Shown here: one piece after another, positions 19,846 through 29,114 of the stretch
Numbering within the stretch: the first letter of the stretch is position 1
Layout of the letters: each line of letters opens with the position of its first letter
Assembly: GCA_963816145.1 (NCBI GenBank)
Contig: CAWFJP010000014.1
Location: 320,001-384,000 of the forward strand
Source of the DNA: an uncultured delta proteobacterium
Lineage (GTDB): Bacteria; Desulfobacterota; Binatia; UBA9968
DNA length: 64,000 bases
Direction: 5' to 3'
Notes under the pieces: model-generated
What the model was told of the DNA's origin: nothing
Databases searched by the model: none
What the model saw: only the letters and a program-made list of their open reading frames with translations
Made by a program: the position numbers and the translations under genes

Positions 19846-21306
19846 ATGGCAATTACGACACATGAGCATGGCGGTCACGGCCACGATCACGAAGGCGCAG
19901 TCGGGCCGCATACCCACTTGACCAGCGTCGGCATCGACATCGGCTCTTCGACATCGCATTTGATGTTCTCCCGGCTGTTGATCGGCTATCCGTCGGTCTT
20001 GCAGCGCAAGCCCTTGGTGCTCGAACGCAACGTGATCGCCCGCTCGCCGATCTTGCTTACACCGTTTTCCGGCGATTGGAACATCGAGGCGGGGCCGCTC
20101 AGAGAATTGATTGAGTCGACATTTGCCGAAGCCGGATTGAGCCGCGATGCCATCGACACCGGGGCGGTGATCATTACAGGCGAGGCGGCGCGGCGCGACA
20201 ATGCGGCGAAGATCGCCGAGTTGTTCGCCGATGAGACCGGTAAATTTGTTTGCGCCACAGCGGGGCCGAGGTTGGAGACCATCATGGCGGCTCATGGCTC
20301 GGGCGCCGTCCAGCAGAGCCGCGAACAGAAAATGACGCTGCTTAACATCGACATCGGCGGCGGCACGACCAAGATTAGCGTCATCGAAGAGGGGCGGATT
20401 CGCGCCACCACGGCAGTCAATATCGGCGCGCGCTTGGTGGCGCATAACGGCGCCGATGAAATCGTCCGCTTGGAAAAAGGCGGACAGCGCTTTCTCGCCG
20501 ATCTCGGCAATAATCTCGATTACGGCGCCAAAGTGCCGGCGGAACTCAGGGCGCGCCTGGCCCATCGCATGGCGCTCGCGCTGTTCGATGCATTGGCTAC
20601 CGGCGAGCCACCCTGGGAGGAATTTTACGTGACGCCGGGTTTGGGCGCGCTGCCCAAGATCGATGGCATACTCTTCTCCGGCGGCGTTTCCGAATATATT
20701 TATGCGCGCGAGAGCACATCTTTCGGCGACCTCGGGCCATTTCTCGGGCGTGAGATTCGCCGTGAAGCGGAAGCGCGCGGGTTCAATATTCTCGAAGCCG
20801 GCGAAGGCATCCGCGCAACGGTCATCGGCGCGTCACAATACACGGTTCAGTTGAGCGGCGAGACGATCTTCGTGCCGGACAGTCTCGAACTTCCGGTGCA
20901 CAATTTGCGGGTTTTTGTCGTGCAATGCGACTGGGCTGCGCCGATTGCCGATAAGGTTGAAAAAGCGGTTGTGCGAGTGCTTGGCGAGCGTGACCCGGAA
21001 GTGCGAGGCTCGCCATTCGCTCTGGCGTTTTCGACGCCGCCGTTTGTCGGCTATGGCGCAGCGCAAGATATGGCCAAAGGCATCGACACGGCGTTGGCGC
21101 GGTTGGCCGCGGCGGACCGGCCGGTCGCTTTGGTCTTCGGTCAAAATGTCGGGCAAGTGATCGGCGGCATGCTCTCGGCCAAATGGAACATGCCCTGTAT
21201 CGACGAAGTGACGCTATCCGAGTTGGATTTTATCGACGTCGGTGAAGTGGTGCCGGAAGAGGGGTTCGTTCCGGTGGTGATCAAGAGTCTGGCCTTTGGC
21301 GTGTGA
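19846..21306 (+). CDS. eutA: EutA-like ASKHA ATPase (ethanolamine ammonia-lyase reactivase family) with His-rich N-terminus
   Basis: SVGIDIGSSTSHLMFS, RSPILLTP, TGAVIITGEAAR, AAHGSGA, NIDIGGGTT, FSGGV, GIRATVIGASQYT, VPVVIKSL. Confidence 0.85.
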   Translation: MAITTHEHGGHGHDHEGAVGPHTHLTSVGIDIGSSTSHLMFSRLLIGYPSVLQRKPLVLERNVIARSPILLTPFSGDWNIEAGPLRELIESTFAEAGLSRDAIDTGAVIITGEAARRDNAAKIAELFADETGKFVCATAGPRLETIMAAHGSGAVQQSREQKMTLLNIDIGGGTTKISVIEEGRIRATTAVNIGARLVAHNGADEIVRLEKGGQRFLADLGNNLDYGAKVPAELRARLAHRMALALFDALATGEPPWEEFYVTPGLGALPKIDGILFSGGVSEYIYARESTSFGDLGPFLGREIRREAEARGFNILEAGEGIRATVIGASQYTVQLSGETIFVPDSLELPVHNLRVFVVQCDWAAPIADKVEKAVVRVLGERDPEVRGSPFALAFSTPPFVGYGAAQDMAKGIDTALARLAAADRPVALVFGQNVGQVIGGMLSAKWNMPCIDEVTLSELDFIDVGEVVPEEGFVPVVIKSLAFGV

Positions 21307-21421
21307 GTCCGTTGGTTGGACAGCGCAAACTTGCATGTGATAGAAACTAAAGGCCAACGCCGCGGCGAGAAAAAGTTGTAGGATGAGAGTCTTCGCTTGA
21401 CATGATTCGTGACAATGGAGA

Positions 21422-21502
21422 CCCCCACCTTCATCCTCCCCCGCAAACGGGGGAGGAAAGAGGAGGGGGGGATTGGCCGCAAAGAACGCCAAAGGCTCAA
21501 AA
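21422..21502 (+). repeat. About 80-bp REP-like element, copy 2
   Basis: Near-identical to 16643-16720, same orientation. Confidence 0.8.
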
Positions 21503-21521
21503 TCGATTAGGGAGTTACATC

Positions 21522-22238
21522 ATGGGCGGGGCACCCAGCGGGTTAGAAAAGATGTGGCAGGAACTTGTCAGACTGTGCAACGAGCAGTTCGACTCCGACC
21601 CGTTCAAACGTTTGTTGAATGCCAAATTCACCAAGCTGCGGGCGCAGCATTACTCGATTCAGATGGCCTACTACGTGCAAAACCGGCGCGACTGTTGGGG
21701 CTACGTGCAGGGCTCGGCGCCGCTCCCGGTCAAACAGATTATCTGGCACCATGAAGAGGACGAACTGATCGGCCAGAAGGCCCAGGGCAAGATGGATCAT
21801 ATTACGCTGGCGGTCAAAGAAGGCGAAGTATTCGGTCTGACCGCCGAGGCGTTCGAGAAGACCGCGCGCATGGAGGGCGGCGAGGTCTGTTTCAGCGCGT
21901 GGATTCACCTGTCGCAGAAATCCTGGCTGGAAGCGATCGCCGCATCGGCGATTCTGGAAATGCGCAATTCGGCAGAATTGATTCCCGGTGGGTCGTTGTC
22001 CCAACGCATCGGTATGATCTTCGAACGGGATTTGAGCATACCGATGAAAAAGCAGATCAACAACTCCGAGCATGTGGTGATGGATGTCGAGCATGCCCAT
22101 CTGTTGATGCAGGTGGCCAAACAGTATGCCACCAGCGCGTCGGCGCAAGCAGCGATCTTGAGCGGCGCCCGGGAAAGCTTGATGATCGATCGGATTTATC
22201 GCGGCCACTTGGCTGATTTGATGGAAAGTTTAGACTGA
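21522..22238 (+). CDS. Heme-oxygenase-like diiron protein, copy 2
   Basis: WHHEEDELIG...MDH, ILEMR, EHVVMDVEH (H-x3-D-x2-H); GGGAG RBS. Confidence 0.75.
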   Translation: MGGAPSGLEKMWQELVRLCNEQFDSDPFKRLLNAKFTKLRAQHYSIQMAYYVQNRRDCWGYVQGSAPLPVKQIIWHHEEDELIGQKAQGKMDHITLAVKEGEVFGLTAEAFEKTARMEGGEVCFSAWIHLSQKSWLEAIAASAILEMRNSAELIPGGSLSQRIGMIFERDLSIPMKKQINNSEHVVMDVEHAHLLMQVAKQYATSASAQAAILSGARESLMIDRIYRGHLADLMESLD

Positions 22239-22270
22239 TAGGTCACTAGCAGCATTGGCATGGAGGAACG

Positions 22271-22975
22271 ATGAATTTGGTGCAGGATCTTTGTCGAGAA
22301 CTCGACCAAATGGTCAACGACCAATTCGACAGCGTCGAGTTCAAAGCATTTCTCGGCGTGCCGCTGACCATGGAGCGGGGCCGGTTCTACGTCGTGCAGA
22401 ACGCGCTTTATACCGCCAATCGGCGCGACTGCTGGGGCTATGTTCAAGGCGGCGCACCCTTGGAAGTCAAACGGGTGATTTGGGAGCATGAGAGCGATGA
22501 GTTGATCAACGATCCGCGCGCCGGCATGGACCATTTCAACTTGACCGTGAAGCAAGGCGAGGTCATCGGCCTCAAGCGGGAGGATTTCGACAGCGCGCAA
22601 GTGCCGGCGATGGTGCAAGCGTGCTTTCATGCCTGGCATCATATCGCCATGCGCGGCCACTGGCTGACATCCTATGCAGCTTCGCATATGCTCGAGCGGC
22701 GCAACAACGGCAAGATCGTCAAGGGTGGCGGCATGTCGTTCCGGGTCGGCAAGAAGTTCGAGAACGAACTGGGGATTAACTTGAAGCGGATGATCTCACT
22801 GGATGTCCACGTCGTCGCCGACACCGAACACTCGGAGAATATTTCCGAGATGTTCGAGAAATACGTCAAGACACCGGAGGATTGCGAACGGGTGCTGGAT
22901 GGCGCGCGCGAGTCCATGGCCATCGACCGGGCTTATCGCGGTGCGCTCGGCTTTTATATGGAGCGCATCAACTAA
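22271..22975 (+). CDS. Heme-oxygenase-like diiron protein, copy 3 (paralog of copy 2)
   Basis: NRRDCWGYVQG shared with copy 2; WEHESDELI...MDH, MLERR, VHVVADTEH. Confidence 0.75.
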   Translation: MNLVQDLCRELDQMVNDQFDSVEFKAFLGVPLTMERGRFYVVQNALYTANRRDCWGYVQGGAPLEVKRVIWEHESDELINDPRAGMDHFNLTVKQGEVIGLKREDFDSAQVPAMVQACFHAWHHIAMRGHWLTSYAASHMLERRNNGKIVKGGGMSFRVGKKFENELGINLKRMISLDVHVVADTEHSENISEMFEKYVKTPEDCERVLDGARESMAIDRAYRGALGFYMERIN

Positions 22976-23007
22976 TGTCTACTGGTAAAAATTAGGGAGA
23001 ATCGATA

Positions 23008-24102
23008 ATGAAGAACCTAAATTTGAACGAAGCTTCGGCTTACTCGGCGAAGAGTCCATACGAAATTTATCAGGAGTGGGAAGGGATTCCGGTGGAAAAG
23101 GGTTTCATCGTGCCGGATTTGTTAAAGCTCGAGTTGGGCGATTGGCAGCGCAGCGGCGGCAAGGCCGCTTTCGTCAATCAAGACGGCGCCGGCGGCATGT
23201 GCGATGCTATGGTCGAAGAAATCCCAGCCGGCGGCCAACTCAAACCACAGCGGCATATGTACGAAAAAGCGGTTTTTATCCTCCAAGGCCAGGGGGCAAC
23301 GACGATCTGGAACGAGGGCGGCAAGAAGCACACTTTGGAGTGGCAGCGCGGCAGCCTGTTTTCGACGCCGCTCAACACCTGGCACCAACATTTCAACGCC
23401 CAGGGCAGCGAGCCGGTGCGGATGGTTTCTCTAACCGATGCGCCGGTGATCATCAATCGCTACCGCAATCTCGATTACATTTTTAACAACAATTTTACTT
23501 TTATGGATCGTTACGAAGGCGGCGCCGATGCTTGGAACGGCGCTGGCGGACGTTACTTGGGGTCGGAGATCAAGCGCGGCCGGGTTTGGGAGTCCAATTT
23601 CATCGCCGACCTATGGGCGTTCGAGCCGAAGGATTACAAAGAACGCGGCGGCGACAACCGCACGACTCTATTCGAGTTCGTCGACAACACCATGAGCGCG
23701 CATCTGTCGGAGTTTCCCGTCGGCAAGTACAAGAAGGCCCATCGTCATGGCGCCGGCGCCCATATCGTCATGTTGACCGGCTCAGGGTACTCCTACCTCT
23801 GGCCGGAAGGCGAGTACGGCACGAAGCGGCGCGTCGAGTGGGGTCGGATGAGCATGTTCACGCCGCCGATGCAGTGGTGGCACCAGCATTTCAATCCCGG
23901 CGCCGAGCCGGCGCGTTATCTCGCGCTCAAACCCTGGGGGTTCAAGTACAAAGTCGAAGACCTGAAGGATACCGGCGAGGACGTTAAAAACGGCGGCGCG
24001 CAGATCGAATATCAAGACCAGAATCCCGAGGTCCATCAAATTTTCCTCGGCGAATGCAAAACCCGCGGCGCCCAACCGCGTATGCCGATGTTCGACAAGT
24101 AG
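23008..24102 (+). CDS. Bicupin, gentisate-1,2-dioxygenase-like
   Basis: Two cupin motifs: QRHMYE..GQG.T...WHQHFN and KAHRHGAG...WWHQHFN. Confidence 0.75.
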   Translation: MKNLNLNEASAYSAKSPYEIYQEWEGIPVEKGFIVPDLLKLELGDWQRSGGKAAFVNQDGAGGMCDAMVEEIPAGGQLKPQRHMYEKAVFILQGQGATTIWNEGGKKHTLEWQRGSLFSTPLNTWHQHFNAQGSEPVRMVSLTDAPVIINRYRNLDYIFNNNFTFMDRYEGGADAWNGAGGRYLGSEIKRGRVWESNFIADLWAFEPKDYKERGGDNRTTLFEFVDNTMSAHLSEFPVGKYKKAHRHGAGAHIVMLTGSGYSYLWPEGEYGTKRRVEWGRMSMFTPPMQWWHQHFNPGAEPARYLALKPWGFKYKVEDLKDTGEDVKNGGAQIEYQDQNPEVHQIFLGECKTRGAQPRMPMFDK

Positions 24103-24212
24103 CCGAGCAGGGCGGTTTGCAGGGGCGGGGGAAGGAGATCAGTTGGTCAGGACTGCCACGGGGAGGCTTTTTTCTCGACAAAATGGTTCAATGATGGTAA
24201 AAAGTTGCTAAA

Positions 24213-24617
24213 TTGATAGCGCTTCCCGTGACGTCACTTCCTAAAATCTCCGCCGGATCGGCGCGAAATCGAAACGCCGGTTTCACGCTACTTGAACTCC
24301 TGGTTGTCATTGCGGTATTGGGAATTTTGGCCGCTATCGCAATACAAAACTTTGCCGTCCACCGCGCCCGTGCTATCGATGCCTCGATGCGCTCCGATCT
24401 GCGCAATGCGGCGATGGCGATGGAAAGCTACTACGGGGAGTTTCTCGAATATCCCAGCACCGACACGCCGCTTCTATTGATCGGCTACCGTAAGACCACT
24501 GGGGTCACGCTGACGATCAATGTGACGACGCCATCGACCTATACATTGACTGCGGCAAGACCTTCCGGGAGCCAGGCCAGTTTCACCTTCGACAGCAGTA
24601 CCGGGTTGATCAACTGA
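24213..24617 (+). CDS. Type IV pilin-like protein
   Basis: Prepilin cleavage motif NAG/FTLLELLVVIAVLGILAAIA; start uncertain. Confidence 0.85.
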   Translation: MIALPVTSLPKISAGSARNRNAGFTLLELLVVIAVLGILAAIAIQNFAVHRARAIDASMRSDLRNAAMAMESYYGEFLEYPSTDTPLLLIGYRKTTGVTLTINVTTPSTYTLTAARPSGSQASFTFDSSTGLIN

Positions 24618-24670
24618 TTTATTGGCGTTGCTTCGTCAACGGCTCTTTTCACACGCCGATTGCCGAAGAG

Positions 24671-24709
24671 AAAAAAAGCCGCGCAGCTAGCGCTGGGCGG
24701 CTTTTTTTT
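24671..24709. terminator. Bidirectional intrinsic terminator
   Basis: aaaaaaagccgcgcagc-ta-gcgctgggcggctttttttt between the convergent pilin and SDR genes. Confidence 0.85.
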
Positions 24710-24715
24710 ATGATG

Positions 24716-25447
24716 TTACTTTGGGGTGCGGAGAAAGTAGGTTTGACCGGTAATATATTTCGCGGCATCGGAGAGCAGGTAGCGCACCAGGCCGACGATC
24801 TCGAATTTGTGCGTCAGACCGTCCATCAAAGGCGGGATTTCTTCGCGTTTTTTGAAAGCATCGTCGGTGAAGCCGATGCGCGACATTGGCGTATCCGTCG
24901 CGCCGGGACAAACGCAGTTGACCGTGATGTTGTTGGGCGCCAACTCGACGGCGAGGGATTTGGTGAAGGCGATCACACCGGCCTTGGATGCCGCGTAATG
25001 TGCCGAGCGCGCCTGGCCGGCGACGCCGCGGCCCGAGGCGATGCTTAGAATTCGGCCCTCATTGCGCGGAATCATATGCCGGGCGGCAGCCTGGGCGCAG
25101 AGGAACACGCCCTTCAAGTTGATGCGCATCAACCGGTCCCACATTTCTTCGGGCATGTCGACGATAGGCACGCGATCCATGACGCCGGCGCCGCAGAAGA
25201 CATAATCGACCTGGCCGTACTTCGCGATCGCCTGCTCCATCATCGAAGCGACGCTCTTGGGGTCGCCGACATCGACCTGCACGGCGATGGCGCTACGTTT
25301 GGTATCGCGAATTTCAGCGGCAACCTTCTCCGCCCCGTCTTTGGCGAAATCCGCCACCACAACGTTTAGCCCGTCAGCTGCCAGACCGCGGCAGATTTCA
25401 GAACAGATTCCCCCGGCGCCGCCGGTAACTAAAATTGTCTTTGCCAT
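24716..25447 (-). CDS. SDR family oxidoreductase
   Basis: VTGGAGGI, YAASK, NCVCPG..DT. Confidence 0.9.
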   Translation of the reverse strand: MAKTILVTGGAGGICSEICRGLAADGLNVVVADFAKDGAEKVAAEIRDTKRSAIAVQVDVGDPKSVASMMEQAIAKYGQVDYVFCGAGVMDRVPIVDMPEEMWDRLMRINLKGVFLCAQAAARHMIPRNEGRILSIASGRGVAGQARSAHYAASKAGVIAFTKSLAVELAPNNITVNCVCPGATDTPMSRIGFTDDAFKKREEIPPLMDGLTHKFEIVGLVRYLLSDAAKYITGQTYFLRTPK

Positions 25448-25619
25448 GAATTGTCCCTTCTCATCTATTTGAATGAAGTCTGGCGAAGCTATCACCGCGG
25501 TTTGCCTGCGTCAACTTTTCTTACTACCTTTAAATCACCGAAGTAGTCGCAAGCCGGAGTCGGCAGTTGTCGCTCATGGTTTTTTCGGTGTCACCGTTTA
25601 TTCCCTCGTCTCAGGACGA

Positions 25620-26975
25620 TCATGCCGGTTTTGATGGATCGCGCTGCCAGGGGTTAGCGACAAAGCGGCTCGCATTCGTCGCGGCGCGCCAGACCATGAG
25701 CGCCGCGATGGCGAGTAAAATTCCCATCAGTCCCCAGCCAAATTGTAACGACGACCAGGCGAGCGGAATCATAATCGCGGCGCCGGCGAGCATGGCCTTC
25801 ATTAGGTAGCGGGTGTCGCGGGCGCCGATCAAAAAACCGTCGAGAACGAAGACGACGCCGTTGAGCGGTTGGATCAGGCATACCAAGATCATGACGCCGG
25901 GACTTAACAGCGCGATCACAGCGCTGCTGGTGGTGAAGAACGCAACGATCGACTGCCAAGCGACAACGAAACTCACGGTGAACAGCAGGCCAGAGACGAC
26001 GCCGCAGCGTAGCAGAATCACACCCATGCGATAAGCGCGCTCCTTTTCTCCCGATCCTAGATATTTTGCCGCCAGCGCTTGGCCGGCGATGGCCAAGCCG
26101 TCGATGACGTCGGAGCAGAGCATGAAGAGCTGAAAAACGATTTCATATGCCGACAGAGTCGCAGCGCTTATGCGCGCCGCGGTGCTGGTGGCGAAGATCA
26201 GCGAAAGTCGCAATGCGCCGGTGCGGATAGCGAGATCCTGGCCGATGCGGAACAGCGGCCGCAGGCCGGCGGCGGTGATGCGAAAGGGGATCGTGCGGTA
26301 GCCGGCGGTCCCTACGGAATGAAAGAATAGTCCGAGGTAGAGAATTGCGCCGGTGAGTTGCGAGCAGCAAGCGGCGACCGCGGCGCCGACGAGCCCCAGT
26401 GACGGCAGGCCGAAGCGGCCGTAGATAAGTGCGTAATCGAGGGCGATCTGCATGGCTGTTATCGTAAATGCGATCCGCATCGGCACTGTGGAGTTTTGAA
26501 TGCCGCGATAGAAGCCCACCGAACAGTAAATCGACAAAGTGAGCGGCGCGCTTAAGATGTAAAGGCGAAAATAGTTGGCGCCCTGAGCTGCCACTACGCT
26601 CTCGGCACCCATCAGGCGGTAGAGAGATTCCGCGAAGATCACGCCGGCGCAAGCGATGAGCAGGCCGCCCGCCAGCGCGAGGAAGAGCGCATGAAGGTAA
26701 GTCTCGCCGCAGGCTTTGCTATCTTTGGCGCCGTAATGATGACCAATGAGACTAGTGGTGCCGAAGGTAAGGAAAGCGAAGATCCAGTAGACCGTGCCGA
26801 CGATCGCCGCGCCGATGGCACGAGCGGCTAGCGCTTCAGCGCTCAACCGGCCGATCATCGCCGTCTCGCCGATGTTGAGCAGCGGTTGGCTCGCTTGGGC
26901 AAGCATGGCGGGGATACCCAGGGCGAGAATATCGCGCAGGTCCGTGTGGCGCGAGGGTTGTGGCGAATCCGTCAA
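25620..26975 (-). CDS. MATE family efflux transporter (DinF-like)
   Basis: About 12 TM segments; GFYRGIQNS, LIYGRFGLPSLGLVGAA, DGLAIAGQAL, DGFLIGARDT. Confidence 0.88.
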   Translation of the reverse strand: MTDSPQPSRHTDLRDILALGIPAMLAQASQPLLNIGETAMIGRLSAEALAARAIGAAIVGTVYWIFAFLTFGTTSLIGHHYGAKDSKACGETYLHALFLALAGGLLIACAGVIFAESLYRLMGAESVVAAQGANYFRLYILSAPLTLSIYCSVGFYRGIQNSTVPMRIAFTITAMQIALDYALIYGRFGLPSLGLVGAAVAACCSQLTGAILYLGLFFHSVGTAGYRTIPFRITAAGLRPLFRIGQDLAIRTGALRLSLIFATSTAARISAATLSAYEIVFQLFMLCSDVIDGLAIAGQALAAKYLGSGEKERAYRMGVILLRCGVVSGLLFTVSFVVAWQSIVAFFTTSSAVIALLSPGVMILVCLIQPLNGVVFVLDGFLIGARDTRYLMKAMLAGAAIMIPLAWSSLQFGWGLMGILLAIAALMVWRAATNASRFVANPWQRDPSKPA

Positions 26976-26997
26976 GTTAACTTTGAAAATTCTATCT

Positions 26998-27064
26998 CAC
27001 CACGAAGGCACGAAGATAAGATGTTTAGATTCCGAACCTTCGTGTGGTTTGTGCCTTCGTGGTG
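26998..27064. repeat. Inverted CACGAAG-unit hairpin
   Basis: caccacgaaggcac ... gtgccttcgtggtg; related half at 48582-48608. Confidence 0.7.
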
Positions 27065-27094
27065 GACATCCTGCTTCTTTGCAAGCGCGCCATT

Positions 27095-28003
27095 TCAATT
27101 GAATCGCGATGCGTCGGTCGGCCCGAGCGACCAGTTGACGGTTTCCGGATGAATGATGCGCGCTAGGATTTCCAGGCCGTTGACCAGGCGCGGACCGGGG
27201 CGGCTGAAGTAGGCGTTGCTGTTGAGAGCGAAGACATTTTCGCTGCGCACGGCGGGTAGGTCGGTCCAGCCGGGCAGGGCGCGCAGCGGCGTCGATTCCT
27301 TTACGGTGCGCCGCACATCGAAACCGCAGGGCATCAGCAGAATGACTTCCGGTTTTGCATCGACGACATCTTGCCATTCGATTTTCGCGGATGGTTCGCC
27401 GGCACGGCCGATGACGTCGTGGCCGCCAGCGAGGGCAACCATCTCGGGAACCCAGTGGCCAGCGGTATAGAGCGGTTCGAACCATTCCAAGCAGACAACC
27501 CGCGGCCGGCGGTCCGGCTCGCGGCCGCCGACCTGGGCAATGCGCAAACGCAAATCACCGACCAGCGCTGCGGCGGAGTTGCTCTGTTCAGTGGCCACGC
27601 CGACGCGCAGGATATCGTCGAGTAGCTCAGCCAAGCTATGGGGATTCAACGAAACGATCGCCGGCGGGTGTGACAACTTGCCGGCGGCTCTGACGACCTC
27701 GCTGTAATCGAGGGCGCAGACCTCGCATAGCCCTTGGGTGAGGATGACATCGGGCGCGGCATCGGCAAAGGCGGCTTCATCTATGAAATACAGACCTTTG
27801 CCGGCTTGTAACAACTCGGTAACTTTGCGGTCGATCTCGGCGCCGCTCATGCGTTTGGAGTCGATGACGCTTCTGACGACGATTGGTTTATATTGAGCGT
27901 CGGCCGGGTGGTCGCATTCATGAGTGACTCCGACGATTTGATCGCCCAGCCCTAAAGCAAAAGCAATTTCAGTGGCGCCCGGCAGCAAAGAGCAGATTCG
28001 CAT
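27095..28003 (-). CDS. BtuF-like cobalamin/iron-complex binding protein
   Basis: MRICSLLPGATEI, VGVTHECD, TQGLCEVC, GHWVPEM, MPCGF, YFSRPGPRL. Confidence 0.85.
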   Translation of the reverse strand: MRICSLLPGATEIAFALGLGDQIVGVTHECDHPADAQYKPIVVRSVIDSKRMSGAEIDRKVTELLQAGKGLYFIDEAAFADAAPDVILTQGLCEVCALDYSEVVRAAGKLSHPPAIVSLNPHSLAELLDDILRVGVATEQSNSAAALVGDLRLRIAQVGGREPDRRPRVVCLEWFEPLYTAGHWVPEMVALAGGHDVIGRAGEPSAKIEWQDVVDAKPEVILLMPCGFDVRRTVKESTPLRALPGWTDLPAVRSENVFALNSNAYFSRPGPRLVNGLEILARIIHPETVNWSLGPTDASRFN

Positions 28004-28328
28004 GGTCGATGCATAGCGTATGTAGCGGCTAGATGCTACCGAAAATGGTTCATGTCTCTGCAATATCGGCCGTGAAAAGTTTTGGCGGAGAAAAAATTTT
28101 GGTATGTTTTGCGTCAGTCTGCTGGTTTCCTCGCTCGGTGCGCCCGGTGCGCTTTTTGTCGGTCGCTTGCTCAGCCTTGCCGTGGTGGCGGGAGCGGCAT
28201 TCACAGTACCGGCGATCAAGATTTTCGAACCGGAGAAAATTAAGGAGTGAGTAGTAAATAGTCAGGAGCGACGAACGAAGTATTCCGATACGAAACCCCT
28301 AACTCCTTACTACTCACTCCTAACTCTT

Positions 28329-29114
28329 CTAGATTCCCGCGTACCATTCGTAACCTTCGTCTTCCCAGTAGCCGCCTTTCCCGGAGGCAATTTTGTCGAA
28401 GCTGGCAACGAATTCCAAAGATTTAATATATTTCGCCTGCTTGTAACCAAGCTGGTTTTCCACCCGCAGGCGCAGCGGCGCACCGTTGGCGACCGGTAGC
28501 GGTTTGCCGTTCATCTCATAGGCGAGAATGGTTTGCGGATGGACGGCATCGATGAGGTCGATGCTTTCGTAATAGTTAGCGCCGTCGCTGTCGCTGTCCA
28601 TGCAGCGGATGACCACATACTTCGCCTCCGGCGTTGGCTGAACTTTGTCGATGACCTCTTCGAGACGCACGCCCTTCCATTTGGCGATGGCGCTCCAGCC
28701 CTCGACGCAGTCGTGTCGGGTGATCTGCGTGCGCGATGGCAGGGCCTGCAAATCCGCCAGGGAAAAACTCGCCGGCTGCTTGACCAAACCGGTCACTTCG
28801 AGCTTCCAACCGCCAAACTGATTGGCCGCGTCGGCGGCGTATTCCAGCGTAATGGGCGGCGGGTTGCCATTGCTACGAAACTTGGGCGAGATGTCTTTCT
28901 CGCTGAATTCCTGAGCCAGTTTGTGACGGCTGGCGAGAAGTCTTTGCACTCGGCGGTTGCCGCCTTCGGCTTTGGCTAAGATCGACCTGACGGTTTCGTT
29001 ACGGCTAAGACTATTGAACGCTTTTTCGCAGCCGGCGAAAAGCAAAAACGCCGCGCCGTTGAGCGCCCCGAGAAGTAGATTGCGTCGGGAGAAGTTGGTA
29101 TCGGTCTTAGCCAT
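28329..29114 (-). CDS. Molybdopterin oxidoreductase, sulfite oxidase/MsrP family (Tat-exported)
   Basis: SRRNLL Tat motif; TRHDCVEGWS, NGAPLRLR, GYKQAKY, GGYWEDEGY. Confidence 0.9.
   Translation of the reverse strand: MAKTDTNFSRRNLLLGALNGAAFLLFAGCEKAFNSLSRNETVRSILAKAEGGNRRVQRLLASRHKLAQEFSEKDISPKFRSNGNPPPITLEYAADAANQFGGWKLEVTGLVKQPASFSLADLQALPSRTQITRHDCVEGWSAIAKWKGVRLEEVIDKVQPTPEAKYVVIRCMDSDSDGANYYESIDLIDAVHPQTILAYEMNGKPLPVANGAPLRLRVENQLGYKQAKYIKSLEFVASFDKIASGKGGYWEDEGYEWYAGI

Noticed and set aside
19587-19865. Small ORFs across the MITE
   Set aside because: They are translations of palindromic repeat DNA
15843-22975. PQQ biosynthesis or thiamine salvage assignment for the PqqC/TenA-fold genes
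   Set aside because: No pqqA/B/D/E or thi genes nearby, and the diiron ligand motifs fit HDO/CADD better
24103-24175. Possible cobalamin riboswitch fragment (gggaagg...gtcaggactgcc followed by a U-tract)
   Set aside because: Too short, the conserved upstream core is missing, and the downstream gene is a pilin; more likely a weak terminator
24213-24617. Pilin as part of a pilus operon or RiPP precursor of the HDO cluster
   Set aside because: It has a standard prepilin motif, is separated by a probable terminator, and has no assembly genes or core-peptide features nearby
28004-28328. Cobalamin riboswitch upstream of the BtuF-like gene
   Set aside because: No B12-box or conserved core recognisable on the minus strand
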